The notes under the pieces were generated by a model. The model did not search any database. It was not told where the DNA came from and saw nothing but the letters and a program-made list of their open reading frames with translations. Made by a program: the position numbers and the translations under genes. This document shows, in pieces, positions 60,061-64,000 of a stretch of DNA of 64,000 bases (its first letter is position 1; each line of letters opens with the position of its first letter). Where the stretch lies: the NCBI RefSeq assembly GCF_006345805.1, contig NC_043026.1, positions 6,448,001 to 6,512,000 on the forward strand, written 5' to 3'. The stretch is from Octopus sinensis (lineage: Eukaryota).

Positions 60061-60895
60061 TGCATCCTTATTATCCTCAGCAATAATGATTGAAAAAAAA
60101 ACTAAAGGAAAAATCTTTTGTCATGGTGTAAATAGGGGCCACTGGAGTAAATAATGTTAAAGTTAGGCATTGGGAGATAAGGGCCATAGGCAGTAAACAT
60201 GAAGGTTATTAGAAAGGGGGTAATAAAATTGAGTTGCATGGGAGTGGGGCAGTTTAGTTTTAAGGGGACAGACTAGTGTTTAATGAAGCAAAATGTTTTT
60301 AAAGGGTCACAGTACAGTGTTTTTATCAAACAAGGAGTTTTTAAGGGGTTGCAAATAGTTAAGGGAACAATACAGTGTTTAACCAAACAAGGAGTCTGAA
60401 AGGAGACATCATATGCCTCTTGCCCCCGGCACACCCTCCTCCACCAAGACTTTTGTCAGCCAATCCTGTCCTGATCAAGGGCTAGGGCATGGCCCCATGC
60501 CCAACCCAGAACAACCATCTCCAACCCAGAAGTGCCCTATGAAATGCAAACTGATCCCTAAATACAGACTTGACTGTGGGTATGCGTTGACATCTAGATA
60601 AAATAGGGGTCAGAAAAAGGAGTGGAAGGCAGGAAGAAGACAAAAAGGCAAAAAGAAAAAAATAAAGAGATTGGAAAAATATTTACAGATAAGGATATAT
60701 TTATAGAAGGGCTGGAGGCGGGGGTTAAGGGGGGAGAAATGGGAGTAAGGAGAGAGGAAGAGAGACAAGAGAAGAGAGGGAAAGAGGAGCAAGATGAGAG
60801 GGGGGAGAGTAGTGAGAGGAAGGAGAGAGATGCGCAGGTGCTAACTAAAGAGAGTTTAACGAGCCAGATTAATAACAATTAAAATGGAAGAGATT

Positions 60896-60996
60896 CTAAC
60901 GAGCCAGAGTTATAATTAGGCTGGAGCACATCTCAAAGAATTCCAGGGTTTGGTGAGTCTGCATCTTCTGCGGTTCCTTGTTTTCTTGGTTCTCAT
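60896..60996 (-). CDS. PRKAA2: AMPK-alpha last coding exon
   Basis: Minus-strand acceptor tttcctctcttccatttcag; TAG 60898-60896. Confidence 0.92.
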
Positions 60997-63900
60997 CTGA
61001 AATGGAAGAGAGGAAAGGGTTTTTGGAGTCAGACAGGGCAATGTTTGATGAGGGGACACACACACAAGGAGATGTAGGAAATACACACACACACAGATAG
61101 GTACACATACCCACAGATACACACAAAGATACATGTGTACACACACACATGCATACACAGATGCACACATACACACAATGCAGACAAAACCACAATTGGC
61201 AAAAAGGCAACCACCTTTATAATAATAATAATGACAATAATGATAATGATAATATAATAATAATGATAATGATAATAATGATAATAATAATAATAATAAT
61301 AATGATAATAATAATGATAATGATAATAATATAATGATAATAATAAATAATGATAATAATGATAATAATAATGATAATAATAATAATGATAATAATAATA
61401 ATGATAATAATAATAAATAATAATGATAATAATAATAATAATATAATGATAATAATATAATAATAATAATGATAATAATAATGATAATGATAATGATAAT
61501 AATAATGATAATGATAATAATAATGATAATAATAATAATGATAATAATAATAATGATAATAATAATGATAATAATAATAATAATAATAATGATAATAATA
61601 ATGATAATAATAATGATAATAATAATAATAATAATAATGATAATAATAATAATGATAATAATAATAATGATAATAATAATCCTTTCTACTGGAAGCAAAA
61701 GGCCTGAAATTTGGGGGAAGGAATTAAGTTGATTACATCAACCCCAGTGCGTAACTGGTACTAATTTTATCGACCCTGAAAGGATGAAAGGTAAAGTCGA
61801 CCTCAGTGGTATTTGAACTTGGGATGCAAAGAAGGACAAAACGCCACTAAGCATTTTGTCTGGCATGCTAACGATTCCACCAACTCATAATAATAATTCT
61901 TTAATTGGCCACAAGGGGTCACATACTCTTCCACCACGACTTTCTTTCACTCTTTCTTCCTCTTACTGTTGTACCTGTATTTCAAAGGGGCCAGCCTTGT
62001 CACACTCCTGTGCCACGCTGAATCTCCCCCCGAGAACTACATTAAGGGTACGCATGTCTGTGGAGTACTCAGCCACTTGCACGTTAATTTCACGAGCAGG
62101 CTGTTCCATTGATCAGATCAACTGGAATCTTCATCATCATAACCAATGGAATGCCTTGAGAACTATGTTAAGGGTACGCATGTCTGTGGAGTACTCAGCC
62201 ACTTGCACTTAAATTTTACGAGCAGGTTGTTCCACTGATCGGATCAAATGGAATCTTCATCATCATAACCAATGGAATGCCTTGAGAACTATGTTAAGGG
62301 TACGCATGTCTGTGGAGTACTCAGCCACTTGCACTTAAATTTTACGAGCAGGTTGTTCCACTGATCGGATCAAATGGAATCTTCATCATCATAACCAATG
62401 GAATGCCTTGAGAACTATGTTAAGGGTACGCATGTCTGTGGAGTACTCAGCCACTTGCACTTAAATTTTACCAGCAGGCTGTTCCATTGATCGGATCAAC
62501 TGGAACCCCCATCATCATAACTGACTATCGAATTGCTCTTCGTCTTGAAGAATAATAACAATAACAATAATGGTGTCAAATTTTGGCACAATGCCAGCAA
62601 TTTTGAAGGGAGGGAGGTAGTCGATATACCACTGACCCCAGTACATGACTGGTACTTTGGTACTTATTTTATCGACTCTGGAGGAATGAAAGGCAAAGTT
62701 TACCCCAGTGGGGACACACGAGGCAGAATGAAGATTGAATGGTTCATGTTTAAGGCTATTAACAGGGACCAGAAAGAATTGTTAGGGAATTTCGAGTTAC
62801 TCACCTAAAGCCTGAAGGAAATCTTCAGCAGCATCTGGGGAGGAAAGAGAGAAAAAGGGGAAATTAAGACCAGTTTTGTCAGTGCTGTCATCACCTCCAC
62901 TAACACCACCACCACCATCGTCATACCAAACATCACTACTGTCACCACAACGTCCACTATCACTACCACCATTATCTTCATCATTGCTACCACTACCACC
63001 ACCAGCATCATAGCAAACATCACTACCATCACCAATACTACCACCACCACCACCACAGCAAACATCACTACCATCACCATCACCACCACCATCACCGCCA
63101 CAACCATCATCACCATCACCACCACCACAGCAAACATCACCATCACCACCACCGCCACTACCATCATCACCATCACAGCAAACATCACTACCATCACCAC
63201 CACCACCGCCACTACCATCATCACCATCACCGCCACTACCATCATCACCATCAACACCACCACCACCACCACCATCATCACCACGACACCCATCATCACC
63301 ATCACAGCAAACATCACTACCATCACCACCACCACCATCACCGCCACTACCATCATCACCATCACCCCTACTACCATCATCATCATCACCGCCACTACCA
63401 TCATCACCATCATCATCACCACCACCACCACCACGACACCCATCATCATCACCATCACAGCAAACATCACTACCATCACCACCACCACCATCACCGCCAC
63501 TACCATCATCACCATCACCCCTACTACCATCATCATCATCACCGCCACTACCATCATCACCATCATCATCACCACCACCACCACCACGACACCCATCATC
63601 ATCACCATCACAGCAAACATCACTACCACCACCGCCACTACCATCATCACCATCACTACCATCACCACGACACCCATCACCATCACCGCCACTTCCATCA
63701 TCACCATCACCACCACCACAGCAAACATCACTACCATCACCACGACACCCATTACCATCACACAACACATCACCATAGCCTCTACCACAAAATGCCACAT
63801 AATTTCCTCCCCACAAACAACCCCCTACCCAACACCTCCCACCCACCCATCAAAGTCAGAGCGAGCCTTACCTGATGATATGGAGGAGGCCAAACTAGAA

Positions 63901-64000
63901 GTAGCACCACCAGCAGCCGCAGCAGTAGCCCCCAAGAAGGGGGGGCTGCCTGTCGAAGCGCGACCACCTGCGGCAGGCAGTGAAGGGGAACATTCGTTGA
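60896..64000 (-). CDS. PRKAA2: AMP-activated protein kinase catalytic alpha subunit, 3' part only
   Basis: join(64000-63872,62834-62805,60996-60896) reads ...SSLASSISS-DAAEDFLQAL-DENQENKEPQKMQTHQTLEFFEMCSSLIITLAR*. The terminus matches the AMPK-alpha C-terminal helix (vertebrate alpha2 HTMDFFEMCASLITTLAR). Alpha1 versus alpha2 orthology is not resolvable for an invertebrate gene. Confidence 0.88.
62035..62530. repeat. Four tandem copies of a 126-bp SINE-C-derived unit
   Basis: Units start at 62035, 62161, 62287, 62413. Confidence 0.9.
62805..62834 (-). CDS. PRKAA2: AMPK-alpha 30-nt exon (DAAEDFLQAL)
   Basis: Acceptor ttttctctctttcctccccag, donor TAG|GTGAGT, phase 1-1. Confidence 0.8.
   Translation of the reverse strand: MLLKISFRL
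63872..64000 (-). CDS. PRKAA2: AMPK-alpha Ser/Thr/Ala/Gly-rich exon, 5' end outside the window
   Basis: Donor CAG|GTAAGG; only the frame NECSPSLPAAGGRASTGSPP...SSISS stays open into the downstream exons. Confidence 0.8.

Noticed and set aside
62797-63846. 349-aa G/D-rich ORF in frame with the AMPK microexon, suggesting intron retention
   Set aside because: The intron is 1037 nt (not a multiple of 3) and the upstream exon frame hits TAG about 45 nt in; the ORF is triplet repeat
63782-63967. Signal-peptide-like reading WGLLLRLLVVLLLVW
   Set aside because: That frame stops at the end of the 30-nt exon; the alternative frame leads to the AMPK C-terminus

Overview
Eukaryotic, repeat-rich genomic DNA, most likely an octopus (coleoid cephalopod). 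The evidence is the [20 protein letters not shown] zinc-finger style, the tRNA-derived SINEs and the extreme microsatellite load. All gene models were built by hand from GT-AG sites with phase checks. (1) Complete 9-exon GALE (UDP-glucose 4-epimerase) on +, 2454-11642, 346 aa. (2) C2H2 zinc-finger pseudogene on -, 17375-17698. (3) 9-finger C2H2 gene on +, ending 23202, with an in-frame TAA in its N-terminal linker. (4) 11-exon SPATA1-like gene on +, 29992-52970, 793 aa. (5) The last three coding exons of an AMPK catalytic alpha subunit on -, 60896-64000, running off the window. Introns and spacers hold SINEs, RTE/CR1/RLE LINE fragments, a near-intact DD34D mariner, piggyBac-, Mutator-, Helitron- and Helentron-type non-autonomous elements, SINE-derived tandem arrays, foldbacks and a 100-N gap (26628-26727). 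Main leads, all untested: a dyad-symmetric NRF1-ETS-ETS-NRF1-like promoter inside GALE intron 6 with a plausible antisense transcript model; minimal hammerhead-ribozyme motifs; the interrupted ZNF; an AMPK 30-nt symmetric microexon; and long near-perfect intronic inverted repeats. Family names come from motif recognition, not database searches.
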